DNA from: Mizuhopecten yessoensis
Lineage: Eukaryota
Reading direction: 5' to 3'
Assembly (NCBI RefSeq): GCF_002113885.1
Contig: NW_018404672.1
Location: 248,259-312,258 of the forward strand
DNA: 64,000 nt
Part shown: positions 25,601 to 35,486 of the stretch, piece by piece
Layout: each line of letters begins with the position of its first letter
Numbering within the stretch: position 1 is the stretch's first letter
Position numbers and translations under genes: made by a program
Notes under the pieces: model-generated
Database searches by the model: none
What the model saw: only the letters and a program-made list of their open reading frames with translations
Told to the model about the DNA's origin: nothing

Positions 25601-28600
25601 TTGTTGGGCAGGATAGAAGCAAGCATATGACCTTAATGTTGGAGGAAACACACTGAATTTACAAAAAATCTACCTTAGTTCAGATCTGTATTGATCATTT
25701 CTTTTCAGATTTAACCCTCTCACCACTGTAGACCATAATAGACTTAGCCAGATCAATGCATGGCAACATCTATTAAAGTTACATAGGGGTGAAAGGGTTG
25801 ATCAGTTGAAAAGGTTTGAACGGATAAAAGAAAAGGGCCCAGGTACTTACTGCCTTTTGGAAGCCTTGCAGATTGGGGGTGAGAGCAGCGTAGGAAATGT
25901 TTGGGTAATGTTTGATTCCCTCCAGGACTTCCGTATGATCTGCCATCTTGAGAAAAAAAAGGTGGAAAGGTTTGAAATTTTATTTTTCAAAACTGATGTC
26001 AGGTTTTTTTTCTTTTGAAAAACAAAGCATTTTATGTCATTTTGAGGCTTTTATTTAAGCATACTCGCAAACTGTTTGAAACTTCCATGGCAGAGATTAC
26101 GCATGCTCACTTTAAAAAATATCACTTTAAAAAGACAACTTTAATTTTGAGCTATTCTTTCAGATGAAATCATTAGATTTTAGAAAATAGGAACTCACTG
26201 GTTGAAAATGCTCAATTTAGGGTTCAAATAGGGAGAGCTAGCAAGTACGACATGTGATTTAAGAAATTCAAATGTTTTGTCCTGCTTAATAATCCAAGAC
26301 TGACGCACACTTTGTGAGAAGTTTGATTTCTGAAACAAACTTTAAGGGCTGGTGATATTGAAGAAATTCTGGAAGTCACATAACTACAAAACATATATAC
26401 AAAACACCAACGTGGGGGAAATACTAGCCAATTGTTCTCAGCAGACACTCGTCCTCAACATTAAGCAAAACCCTCTTATAATGCTAAATACTTTTGGAAA
26501 AACTGGAGGAAATATAAGGAGGTTTTAGTTTTGGGAGACGCAGTAGTCTAGTGGTAGGACGCCGGACTCTGCTTGTTCCAGTCTACTCAGCTGTAAATGA
26601 GTATGGAGTTTGGCAGTGCTAGAATTGTAGAATGCTAGCTTTGAGCGCCGAAATGACAGCACCGGCTGTATGCTCCCAAGGAAGTTGAGAAAGATGTTCG
26701 CTGGCTGCTAAGGCCCTATAACCACAGATAATAATTTGTAAACTGCTTTGAGACGACCTACAAACTAGGTTGTGATAAAGCGGTATATAAGAACCTTGAA
26801 TTATTATAATTAGTATATGTTTAGAGCTGTATAAAATGTCCGTACCTGTGGTACCCATTTCGGAGATACAAAACTTGTCACTTCAATCACAGGCAGCCCG
26901 GCCTCTGACAACAAGTCTATGAATTTGATTTTCGTTTCTGTCGGCACCATAATCTAAAATTTGAAACACCAGAAGTAATGCACATGACAGTATAACATAT
27001 TTATATATAGTTTACCTTGTTATAAACATGCATGTGATATAAACCCTTGGGTGTCAAACAGAACTATCATACAATAATCTGTACATTATCACACAGATTG
27101 TGATTTTCTTGGTTACAGTAGTAATTTATTCAATGTTATATTCTTATCAAACTGATGATATTTGATCCAACAAGAGTGAGATTGGAATGTTTTGGAGTCA
27201 TAAATTGAAATGTGACATCACAGATTGATTTCTTTGTCTTGTTTATATACTATTATGATGATACATGAGTTTTTCAGACAATGTGACATGGAACTTTCTT
27301 ATCCACATGATGTGTATGAAAGGAATATTACAGCACATTATTCTAAAAGAACTCTACAGTTTGGCTAAAGCTGTTCTGTTGTTACCTAGTGATGAATTTG
27401 CTGAACAAGAATGAGCTTGAATATCTTGCAGCCATCGGATGCTACATGTATCATGATGTAATTTTCAACTAACGATATCACTTTACCTGCCATTATTGTT
27501 TAGGTCAGTTTTTCGGGACATAAATTAAAATTGAATCTATGTATGTATCTATGTATGTATATATCCATATGACAAACTAACAACATTAATACATGAAGCT
27601 GATTTAGTAGATGCCAAAAGAAAAAGTTTTAAATACATTATAGCTGTGTGTAAGTATAGCTATCAGGTATATAGAAACATATACCAACCTTTTCATTCTG
27701 TAGTCCATCTCGGGGGCCAACCTCTACGACTTTCACGAATGACGGGAATCCTGCAAACTAAAATAAAGCAAACAATTGTTTATGAGAAGACACAAAGGCA
27801 GCAGATGTTTTCAAATTAAGTGAAGTAAAACAATAACATATTGTAAAGTTTTAAGCATGGACTTAACATATATATCTGGGCTGGTACCGTCGAGGAATGG
27901 GTGAAAATGTTAGCAAATGGTTTACGCTCTCATTTCAAAACAAATATCTAATTATTAAGTGGAAACCCTTTCTTCTTAAAAGGTGTTATACATCTACATA
28001 TTTTCTGCAGATTACTAACTTGTGATTCTCTTACTGGATAATGTATATAAGTGAAAGTAAATTTTATGAAAAACGAAGGTAGATTTGTTGAACTTTGTAA
28101 ACTGACATTTAAGACAAATTTCTCATAACAAATTATAAATGACTTGACATGCTTGAGCATTAATTAAAGATATTTTTTCATTTTAAAAAGTGAAACAATA
28201 TGAGATGTGTTCATTAGATTTAGAAAACATTACCAAGCACATGACGTATAAAATCATCAGACCAATTATTAGTAATGATTCTGAAACATCAACTGATTCT
28301 CAACACTAACTCCATCAGTGGAGTTTCACAAAATTGGCTTATAAGTGGTGCAAAGAGTCGTCCAAACGAGAATTTACCTACATTTAAATTAGGGCTGCGA
28401 CAATACGCATATATCACAATACGATACATATCGCGGTAAGATGCTTACGATACGATACGTATCGTGATACAAATTTCTGCTTAAAAGGTCAACTTCATAT
28501 AATGATTGAGTGCAGGATTTTATTGAGTTTTTTATAGACTTCAATAGTAAATAATATAGAAATATATTTTTGTATAATTTCTAGTAATTCCGGGTATGAT

Positions 28601-30476
28601 TGCACAGTGGACCACAGCTTAACTGATGGATTCAATAAATATAAGTAAACTTTTTTAGAGTTTGATAGAAATTAATTGATAATTTAAGTACTGTTAGTGT
28701 ATCGCGATACAAGCAATCAAACAATTTGATATGATACACAAGAAAGTCTCATGATACAATACAACATAATATATTGTTGTAGCCCTAATTTAAATCAGGC
28801 TTTTTGATCTTGATTACCTTGTAAAAAATGATATTTCTGGTAACTGTTTACAACCAGTTATCAGGTAAATCCTTTTAGTTAAAACACAAAAGAAATGTTA
28901 ATTTATACTATTTTTTTTCTGCTCAAGTACAAGCCCTCCCGTTCCATTATGTTATAACTGGAAGTCCTGTAGGTGAAGTTTTACTGCACGGAACTTTTGC
29001 ACATCTTTGCATGCATATTCGTACAGAAATTTCATATTTCAGAACTCTTTCGACAGGCAGATGCTATCGGATAGACACAAAATTAGGGAGGGGGCTAAAT
29101 TGTAGGCACCCACCCTGTTCCAAGGATTTTTGCCAAAGTGGGAAGGGGGCTTATTTGCGAGAGGGGGCTTATTTGCGGTCAAATAGGGTAGTTGCATACA
29201 GCAAGTTTTTGGCTGTTTCTGAATATGTATTTATGTATGCCACACCTCCTCGCTGTCTGCTTACGAAAATCATGTGACAGCTGTCACATGGTTACATCGG
29301 TCTGGTTGTTTTAGAAATTTGTATCGAAACCTTTTGGTTTAGGTAAAATTAACCCTTTCACCCCTAGGTAACTTTAGTAGACTCTACCATACATTTTTCT
29401 AGGTGAGTCCATTATGGTCTACAGTGTTGAAAGGGTTAAAGATTTAATAGTGTTGGTAAACAATGTGAAGCACATTGATTTTTGCTGAAATTTGTTTGTT
29501 CGAAGATTTCCATCTCAACGACTTAAGTGGCCAATCAACGCTACAGCTCATTTATTAAATATTAGTGTGGCAGATTTTAATTGTACATCATGGTCGCCTT
29601 CTAGTTTTGTGTTAGAAGGAATTTCCCTTTGTCTCAGTGGTAGAGCATCCAACTTGGAACCTAGAGATCGCAGGTTCAGCTCATGATGAAGAACACTGTT
29701 TTCTTTCCTTTTACAAATGGTTCTGTTGCCGTCTGTGTGGTGACAGGGAGTTAGAACCACGCTTGGTGTGGTGTTTTACCCGATTTACATGATCCTCGGT
29801 CTGTTGTAACACAGGCCCTTGTATCTGGTATTAAATACCTCAGCTATTTGGATTTTAGCTCAGGTATTAAATACCAGATGCATATATGTAAGTAGTGGAT
29901 TTTGGATTTTAGCTCAGTTATTAAATACCAGATACGTATACAAGTGCCTGTGGTTGTAAGCACTTGTTGCTTCTTGACCACCTATTTCATATTCACACTT
30001 TAACTCTGTTACTGATTGTGCATGCATGGCAATTGTCATACAATACATATTAAAAGCTTCATTGTCCTATCTCAGGTTATTTGCTTCCTGTGTACACCTA
30101 CAAGTAGATATGACGAACACATTTAAAAAGGGGAGGGGGAGTACTGTGGCAGATATTAATTGTATATAGTTTTTGGATTACGATTGTCTCCTAGCTTTGC
30201 GCTAGAGGAAATTTCACTTGCCCTCAGTGGCATAGCGTCCGACTAGGAACCTAGGGATCACGGGTTCGATTCCCGGTTTCCAAACAGTAACAATTAACTT
30301 TCAACTGGGCAACATCGCCGACAACGAGCAAAACAAGTATAGACAACATAAATTCGTGAATTGTAACAAAGACATATTCTTACAGCAGCATGTGAACAAT
30401 TTCTCGAGACCTTCTCTCGTGATATTTTTGCAAATATTTGAACAAATCGGTGCAAAGTGAAAGTCAGCGAGGCCAT
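13635..30476 (-). CDS. HMGCL: Hydroxymethylglutaryl-CoA lyase, 10 coding exons: 30476-30384, 27757-27689, 26953-26846, 25946-25851, 25388-25330, 23374-23285, 20022-19959, 17213-17025, 15991-15866, 13739-13635 (999 nt, 332 aa)
   Basis: Spliced translation contains [90 protein letters not shown] and [23 protein letters not shown]. All introns are GT-AG and phases join without a frameshift. Exon 1 (basic/hydrophobic presequence) is the least certain exon. Confidence 0.96.
14864..15860 (-). mobile_element. Helentron-associated non-autonomous element (HINE/pearl-like) with ~5.5 internal 146-bp repeats
   Basis: SubTIRs GGTCACCTGAG / CTCAGGTGACC, 5' inverted repeat, (CGTCCGT)n microsatellite, 146-bp tandem units, 3' palindrome AGGCCCATGGGCCT and T-rich flanks. 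A near-identical copy lies at 33863-34550. Confidence 0.88.
16202..16492. other. Assembly gap (N run)
   Basis: 291 N inside HMGCL intron 8, next to a CAT-rich repeat. Confidence 1.
16493..16672. repeat. CAT/CGT-rich compound repeat, ~60-bp period
   Basis: TCACTTTCATCATCATCGTCCATCATC..TGTCATCGCCAT, about three copies. Confidence 0.85.
17536..17731. mobile_element. Decayed TACTGTA...TACAGTA MITE
   Basis: Ends TACTGTATACC / GGCGAAAATTTCCTGGTATACAGTA. Confidence 0.55.
17940..19306. repeat. 59-bp minisatellite (~23 units, 236-bp higher-order period) homologous to the HMGCL exon-8 acceptor junction
   Basis: Unit AATCAGACATGTCGTAACAACCCATGTCATACATATAATCTTGGATACCTAAATCAGCC shares TCGTAACAACCCATGTCATACATA..GATACCTA with 17179-17216. 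Confidence 0.95.
19605..19958. repeat. 19-bp tandem repeat decaying into the HMGCL exon-7 donor
   Basis: TTTACCTGTGTAAGTTTAG x~8, then degenerate T(T/G)TACCT units up to the exon boundary. Confidence 0.8.
20222..20655. repeat. 25-bp minisatellite, ~17 units
   Basis: Unit CCCTGATTTCAGCCTCAAGGACAGA. Confidence 0.95.
20958..23120. repeat. 23-bp minisatellite, ~90 units, with an internal palindrome
   Basis: Unit GCCTGATTTAGATAATGATCATT contains the AATGATCATT palindrome. Shortened TTCAGTTGCCTGA units recur. Confidence 0.95.
23870..24246. mobile_element. MITE, copy 2 of the 5328-5720 family
   Basis: Collinear high similarity to 5328-5720, including the termini. Confidence 0.85.
24362..24434. 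repeat. 17-bp repeat, four units
   Basis: GAGATTATCTGTGTTGA. Confidence 0.9.
25008..25335. repeat. 37-bp repeat (~9 units) spanning the HMGCL exon-5 donor
   Basis: Unit TACATACCTGCTGGCTCTCTGATTTCAGTACTGTTTC, contiguous with the exon end at 25330. Confidence 0.95.
25711..25801. mobile_element. ~91-bp MITE, subfamily A (opposite orientation)
   Basis: TTAACCCTCTCACCACTGTAGACC...TAGGGGTGAAAGGGTT. Confidence 0.8.
26533..26810 (+). mobile_element. tRNA-derived SINE with Nin/Deu-like central domain (partly deleted head)
   Basis: A-box-like GTAGTCTAGTGGTAGG, core-like GTCTACTCAGCTGTAAATGAGTA and GGCTGTATGCTCCC, tail TGTAAACTGCTTTGAG..AAAGCGGTATATAA..ATTATTAT. Family recognised from memory only. 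Confidence 0.6.
28390..28787. mobile_element. hAT-type MITE with 8-bp TSD
   Basis: TIRs TAGGGCTGCGACAATA / TATTGTTGTAGCCCTA flanked by a perfect ATTTAAAT duplication (28382-28389 and 28788-28795). Confidence 0.85.
29349..29439. mobile_element. ~91-bp MITE, subfamily A
   Basis: TTAACCCTTTCACCCCTAG...TGAAAGGGTTAA. Confidence 0.8.
30145..30282 (+). mobile_element. tRNA-like (SINE head or pseudo-tRNA) segment, with a diverged second copy at ~29565-29685
   Basis: A-box-like CTCAGTGGCATAGCG and T-arm CGGGTTCGATTCCCG, but no convincing anticodon stem. Confidence 0.5.
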
Positions 30477-30790
30477 TTTTACCGGAAGTAAACAATCGCC
30501 CGTAATCGAGTGCTTTCTTTGAAGAAAAATGCTTTTATTTTAAAATAATATATCAACAGATATAATGAAATCAATATTTTTAACAATTGTTTTTCAACAT
30601 TTAATTTCATTTTCTATGCAGCAATATGGGAAAATTTCATTTCGTTTCAGAAACTATTTTTCTGCGGTCCTATACTATGGCAGCCTCCATGTGCCACGTT
30701 GAAATATCGTGATAAAAGTTAAGACTTTATTCTCTATTTGAAGGTGCTATACAGTCCGAATTTTGATCCAGCTAGTTCAAAAGGTATACA
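30477..30790. promoter_or_regulatory. Probable bidirectional promoter for HMGCL and MTHFSD, including a candidate non-coding first exon of MTHFSD
   Basis: ETS-type ACCGGAAGT at 30481-30489 next to the HMGCL ATG. YY1-like ATGGCAGCC at ~30677 and candidate donor AAG|gtatac at ~30783 on +. The exon itself is inferred. Confidence 0.5.
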
Positions 30791-31637
30791 ATATTTTATC
30801 TTAAAATGTATTCGAAGGTGATAGATATGATTTTTGAACGAAAATTTAGGTGAAACTTGACCGCCCTTTGGACCGGTCGGCTCGGGTGGAACTTTCAATT
30901 CCTTTTCAGTCTTTAGAACTGATTATTTTATTGGCAAGAAGCCATTTATAATTATTTGTGTACATTTTTCACTGCACACTTATATTAATTCTGCATTTAT
31001 ACGATGTAGGAATGTGCTGGTATTTGTTTGCAAATACCCCTTCCTCTAGAAAATATTTCAGAACTCTTTCGACAGGCGGATGTTTTGAAACGACGTTTTC
31101 TGCACGTGATCTCCATGGAAACGTCCAACTGAGCAGAAGCTGCATTCGAAAGACAAACATTTAGAATAAGTTTATTTCTATTGTTCTGTAAGTCATATAA
31201 TATGTATTTATTTCAACAAACATCATGCATTTAAGTGCATTGAAATATTTTCCTTTATCGTTATTTTCACTTTGATCAATATAGTTGCAGGTTTCAATGA
31301 GATGTACAAAAAGTGCTGCAGTTTTTGACATGTTTTCTCTAGATTTGTTTTCTTCATATGTTCAATATTTACTTAAGCCATTACTGAACTTATATTTTAA
31401 ACTGACACTTTTTTCTACTTTCTTAACACAAGTAGCTATATATAGGCATACAGTCATGGCACTCACCCTGGGTAGACTTTGCTCAGTATTGAGCTAATTT
31501 CCAGTACAAATACAGATACAGTCATCATGTGATGCCAAATAGGTCAATAGTAAATTAGATATAATGAACATTATTCAATATTGGACATGTACAGTACAGC
31601 AGTATCAGCTCAGGTAACGTTACTTAGTTGTACCAGT

Positions 31638-31897
31638 TGTATTCATGAAACCGTTTCATGCTCAAGCATGAATTCTGTGCTCAAACTAACTTTCTTGTAA
31701 CTCGCTTAAATCATGCCAAACAATCAAAAAGTCAAATGTAAACATTGAAAACAGTTTTTGGCTTTAAGTGTCTTCAATGTTTTTCCAAATCATTGACAAA
31801 ATTAGGCATTTTTATTAATTTATAACGGGAACAAGAAATTTGGCTTGAGCACAAAATCCATGCTTGAGCATGACAATGATTTCATTAATACAAGCCC
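31638..31897. mobile_element. ~265-bp MITE, copy 1
   Basis: IRs CATGCTCAAGCATGAATTCTGTGCTCAA / TTGAGCACAAAATCCATGCTTGAGCATG, homologous to 38824-39092. Confidence 0.75.
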
Positions 31898-32396
31898 AGG
31901 TCCTATGCGATGATGGACAACCTAAGGCAGAGAGGAATTTCCACCTTGGACGTAATTCATACACCAAATTCATGCAGTTTATGTGACTGCATTATTGTTT
32001 TGTCTGTGGAGAAACATATTTAATTATGTACTAGAACAGTTTCTAGATTATTTTTTATGTAATTTTTGGTTTTGTCTACATAAATATGTTCATTTATTTG
32101 ACTGGACCTTGAAACAGGAAGCAATTTGTGTATCAACCACTTGCAATATAAAATCAATGATGCTCTATTACCCAGTGAGACAAGACCTATCTGTCACATA
32201 TATCCTTCTTATCCATATACACATTTATGGCAATGCAAAACCAAACATTGAAGATGTATTGCTGCGCATACAGATATTATAAAGTCATCAGCCCAAATCA
32301 TGTTTACAGCATGTTACTTCAGGTTCACAAAATAATTTAGTAGATTTATCTGATGAAGATTTGCATATCATGTGTTTGAAAATAGGATTTGATGCC

Positions 32397-32735
32397 TAAG
32401 GCGGCAGTACCCAAATCGGATCACTTTTTGCAAAAATACTTTTAAATAAATAAATGTGTCAACAAATCAGTTATAACAATGATGTAGTCTTAGAATAGAT
32501 AGCTATGCACCATTTTTTGACTACAGATAATTAGTTTTAAGGTTCAAATAGCGCAAGAAAACTTAATTCCAACTCAAATGTCAATGTTTTGATTATGGTT
32601 TTTAAAAAAAATGGCACGTGCAACGACTATGCACCCTGTTTTGGACTATAGGAATAAATTCACACTATAGAAATACTTTTTGTCATATAAGGTCTAAAGG
32701 TCATCATAATATGTTCATATGCTGACAAAAAATAA
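32397..32735 (+). mobile_element. Left arm of a DNA-transposon-like element shared with 55207-56254
   Basis: TAAGGCGGCAGTACCCAAATCGGATCAC... for ~330 bp, collinear with 55230-55995 once the nested insert there is removed. Right boundary not found. Confidence 0.65.
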
Positions 32736-33762
32736 AATAAAAAATAAAATATAAAACCTGCAATGTGATTACCAAATAACTTCCAGTAGCTGTTTTTACA
32801 GTAAAATGTATAGCAACAAATAAACACATCAATTTGCAAAGGTTTTTTTTATTTATGTATTTTGAACACTCCTTCATGGATGGTAATACCTTGAATGTTG
32901 CTTATACAACGACAGGAAACTTGTTTAAACATGCTTTTTAATCCATTTGGGAAAATAAATGGGTCCCTGTTACCGGACCCTATAAAGACATGGCAAAACC
33001 CCTGATTTTAGTATTATCTATCTAAAGGACTAAAGGTGTTAAGGGTTTTTCCAGCCTCATCGAGGATTTAGAATAAGTAAGTTGTTATATTAGTAATATG
33101 GAATAGATGAAGTAATTATAAGCAAATATGAAATTTCAAATTCATTCGACAACTGGTCTAGGAGAAACGGCATTTCCAAGAGAGACATAAACCTGCATTT
33201 TCATAATACAGTGTGTGAATATATCTTCTGTTGTGTGCTATGTACAACGAATTTGGTTGAAAAATTGGCCCTTTTGAAGAAAATTTTAAACACTCTTCAA
33301 TTTTTGAAAGCCTCTGCATGCTAACTGTCTAAAACACCATATTTGGGCTATTTCTGCATATCAATGGAATTTTGTTGCTTTGGTTTTGCATTTATGCAGG
33401 CATATTGAAAAAGTCTGTACCAAGAAATTGGCCCCGAATATATGATGTTTTAAACAGAAATTAGTAAATAAACTCTGGTTGAATTTTTTACTTTTTATGA
33501 TGCCAAAAATGACCCATACTGGTAATTCCCCAAATCCTTTTAATAAACAACTTGTCGAAAAATTCCCAGACAAATTTGAACTCCTCTTTGTTGGATATAT
33601 ACAATACAGAACACTTGGATATTCTACCTTAAAATGCAAAAAATAAATATTTTCATAGAATGTATTTAACAGATCAACATTAGATCCTAGCTACCACAAC
33701 TGAATTGACAGTGATTTTTTACCAACTTTTGCCTACTTTACACCATTGTGTAAACATATAAA

Positions 33763-33805
33763 GGTCCTGATGAAGCCTCAACTTTAGAGGCGAAACTAAT
33801 CGGCC
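33763..33805 (+). ncRNA. Minimal hammerhead motif, same family, with a stem III mismatch
   Basis: GGTC-CTGATGA-A-GCCTC(aacttta)GAGGC-GAAAC-TA-ATC-GGCC, followed by AATAAAC..ATCCAC as at 48479. Confidence 0.6.
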
Positions 33806-33862
33806 AAATAAACTTTAAAATCCACTTATTGGTGACGCTTGTGTATGTTGTGATTATATCCA

Positions 33863-34550
33863 TTTTTAGGTCACCTGAGCTTTAGCTCAAGTGACCTATT
33901 GCTATCCGTTTTCGTCCGTCGTCCGTCGTCCGTTAACATTTTACATTTCAAACTTAAAGTCAAGTTCTGCTGGGCCGATTGAACTGAAAGTTGATAGGAA
34001 TGATCGCCTCATGGTCCTGACAAAGTGTTGTTATTTTTCGGGTCGATCAGAAATCCAATATGGCCGCCACGGCCGCCATTTTGAAAACCTATTTCAAACT
34101 TAAAGTCAAGTTCTGCTGGACCGATTGAACTGAAAGTTGGTAGGAATGATCGCCTCATGGTCCTGACAAAGTGTTGTTATTTTTCGGGTCGATCAGAAAT
34201 CCAATATGGCCGCCACGGCCGCCATTTTGAAAACCTATTTCAAACTTAAAGTCAAGTTCTGCTGGACCGATTGAACTGAAAGTTGGTAGGAATGATCGCC
34301 TCATGGTCCTGACAAAGTGTTGTTATTTTTCGGGTCAATCAGAAATACAATTTGGCTGCCATGGCCGCTATTTTGCTACTAAGTTCTAATAGGCCGATCT
34401 CACTTAAAATTGGTCTAGGAATGATCAGCTCATGGTCCTGACAAAGTTAAGTTAACATTATACTATTTTTTACTCAAATTGGTACATATTTCAACAACAA
34501 AAATAAATACTATAGACTCAGGTGACCGTTAAGGCCCATGGGCCTCTTGT
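33863..34550 (+). mobile_element. HINE-like element, copy 2, with ~3.5 internal 146-bp repeats
   Basis: Same termini and modules as 14864-15860. Unit starts at 33961, 34107 and 34253. Confidence 0.88.
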
Positions 34551-35486
34551 CTTTTATATGTGCCTGTATTCTGTAATCGCCCTGCTGCATACCTTTTGGT
34601 ATCCATATACTCAACGCGAGAAGAGCCTCACTGACCTACACCTGACGTTGGCTCTATTATATATACTTTACTTGTGTAAACATGTTTTGATGAAGGTGAT
34701 GGAATACATGTTGTACCAGTGGTAATTGAAACAACATGCATAAACACTTACTAGGTGTGCTTTGTGAACCGGTATACTAACAGTACTGTATAGTTGTAGA
34801 TTGGAGTTGAGGCTATTCAGCTTTACTATAAATTGGATCTTTTATTCAGAAACAATTCCTCGAGTCTGATGAGAGAGAGAAAAGTTCCAGAATGGCAGAT
34901 CAAACATCATTTATTAACTTTGCACAAAAGATGAAAGCAAACAGAAGAGAAGTAACCTATGAAGTCTGTTTTCTTATCGTGCCGTGACGACGGCCTGTTT
35001 AGCAGGCCGAAACATGTGAACAACCAGGCAAACATATATACCCAGTGGAAATTAAACCGGCTTCAAAAGTTGCTACTAATCTCTTCTTCTTTTTTTAATT
35101 TTCTAATTATGTTTAAGGGGGTTCTGTGTACGTACACAATAAAGTCCCTTCCTGAAACCAAGAAGTTAAACTATAACATACATACCCTGGTGTGGACTAA
35201 CTGGATGTTGGGTCTTTAGGATCTTACAAAACTTGGTTTTTGCACAAAAAAATGTCATTATAGTCATCTGTTCTCCAGCTAATTGAGTGCAGACACAGTT
35301 ATTATAGGAGAGCTGCACTGTTCAGGTGAAAGAGTCGAGACAAACACTGGCCTGGGTACCTAAAAGGAACAAGTACCCGAAGAAAGAGAATAGACATTCA
35401 AAACTTTCTAAAGTTCTATATTATATACCTACCATTAATTGGATGAGAATTTACAGGTTTTTCTTTATGTTTTCAGATAAGCAAGT

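Noticed and set aside
30207-30282. Functional tRNA gene
   Set aside because: The T-arm is present, but the D and anticodon stems do not pair convincingly. Treated as SINE-like.
15603-34103. Matching 70-aa ORFs at 15603 and 33891
   Set aside because: Both fall inside the two HINE copies and are not genes.
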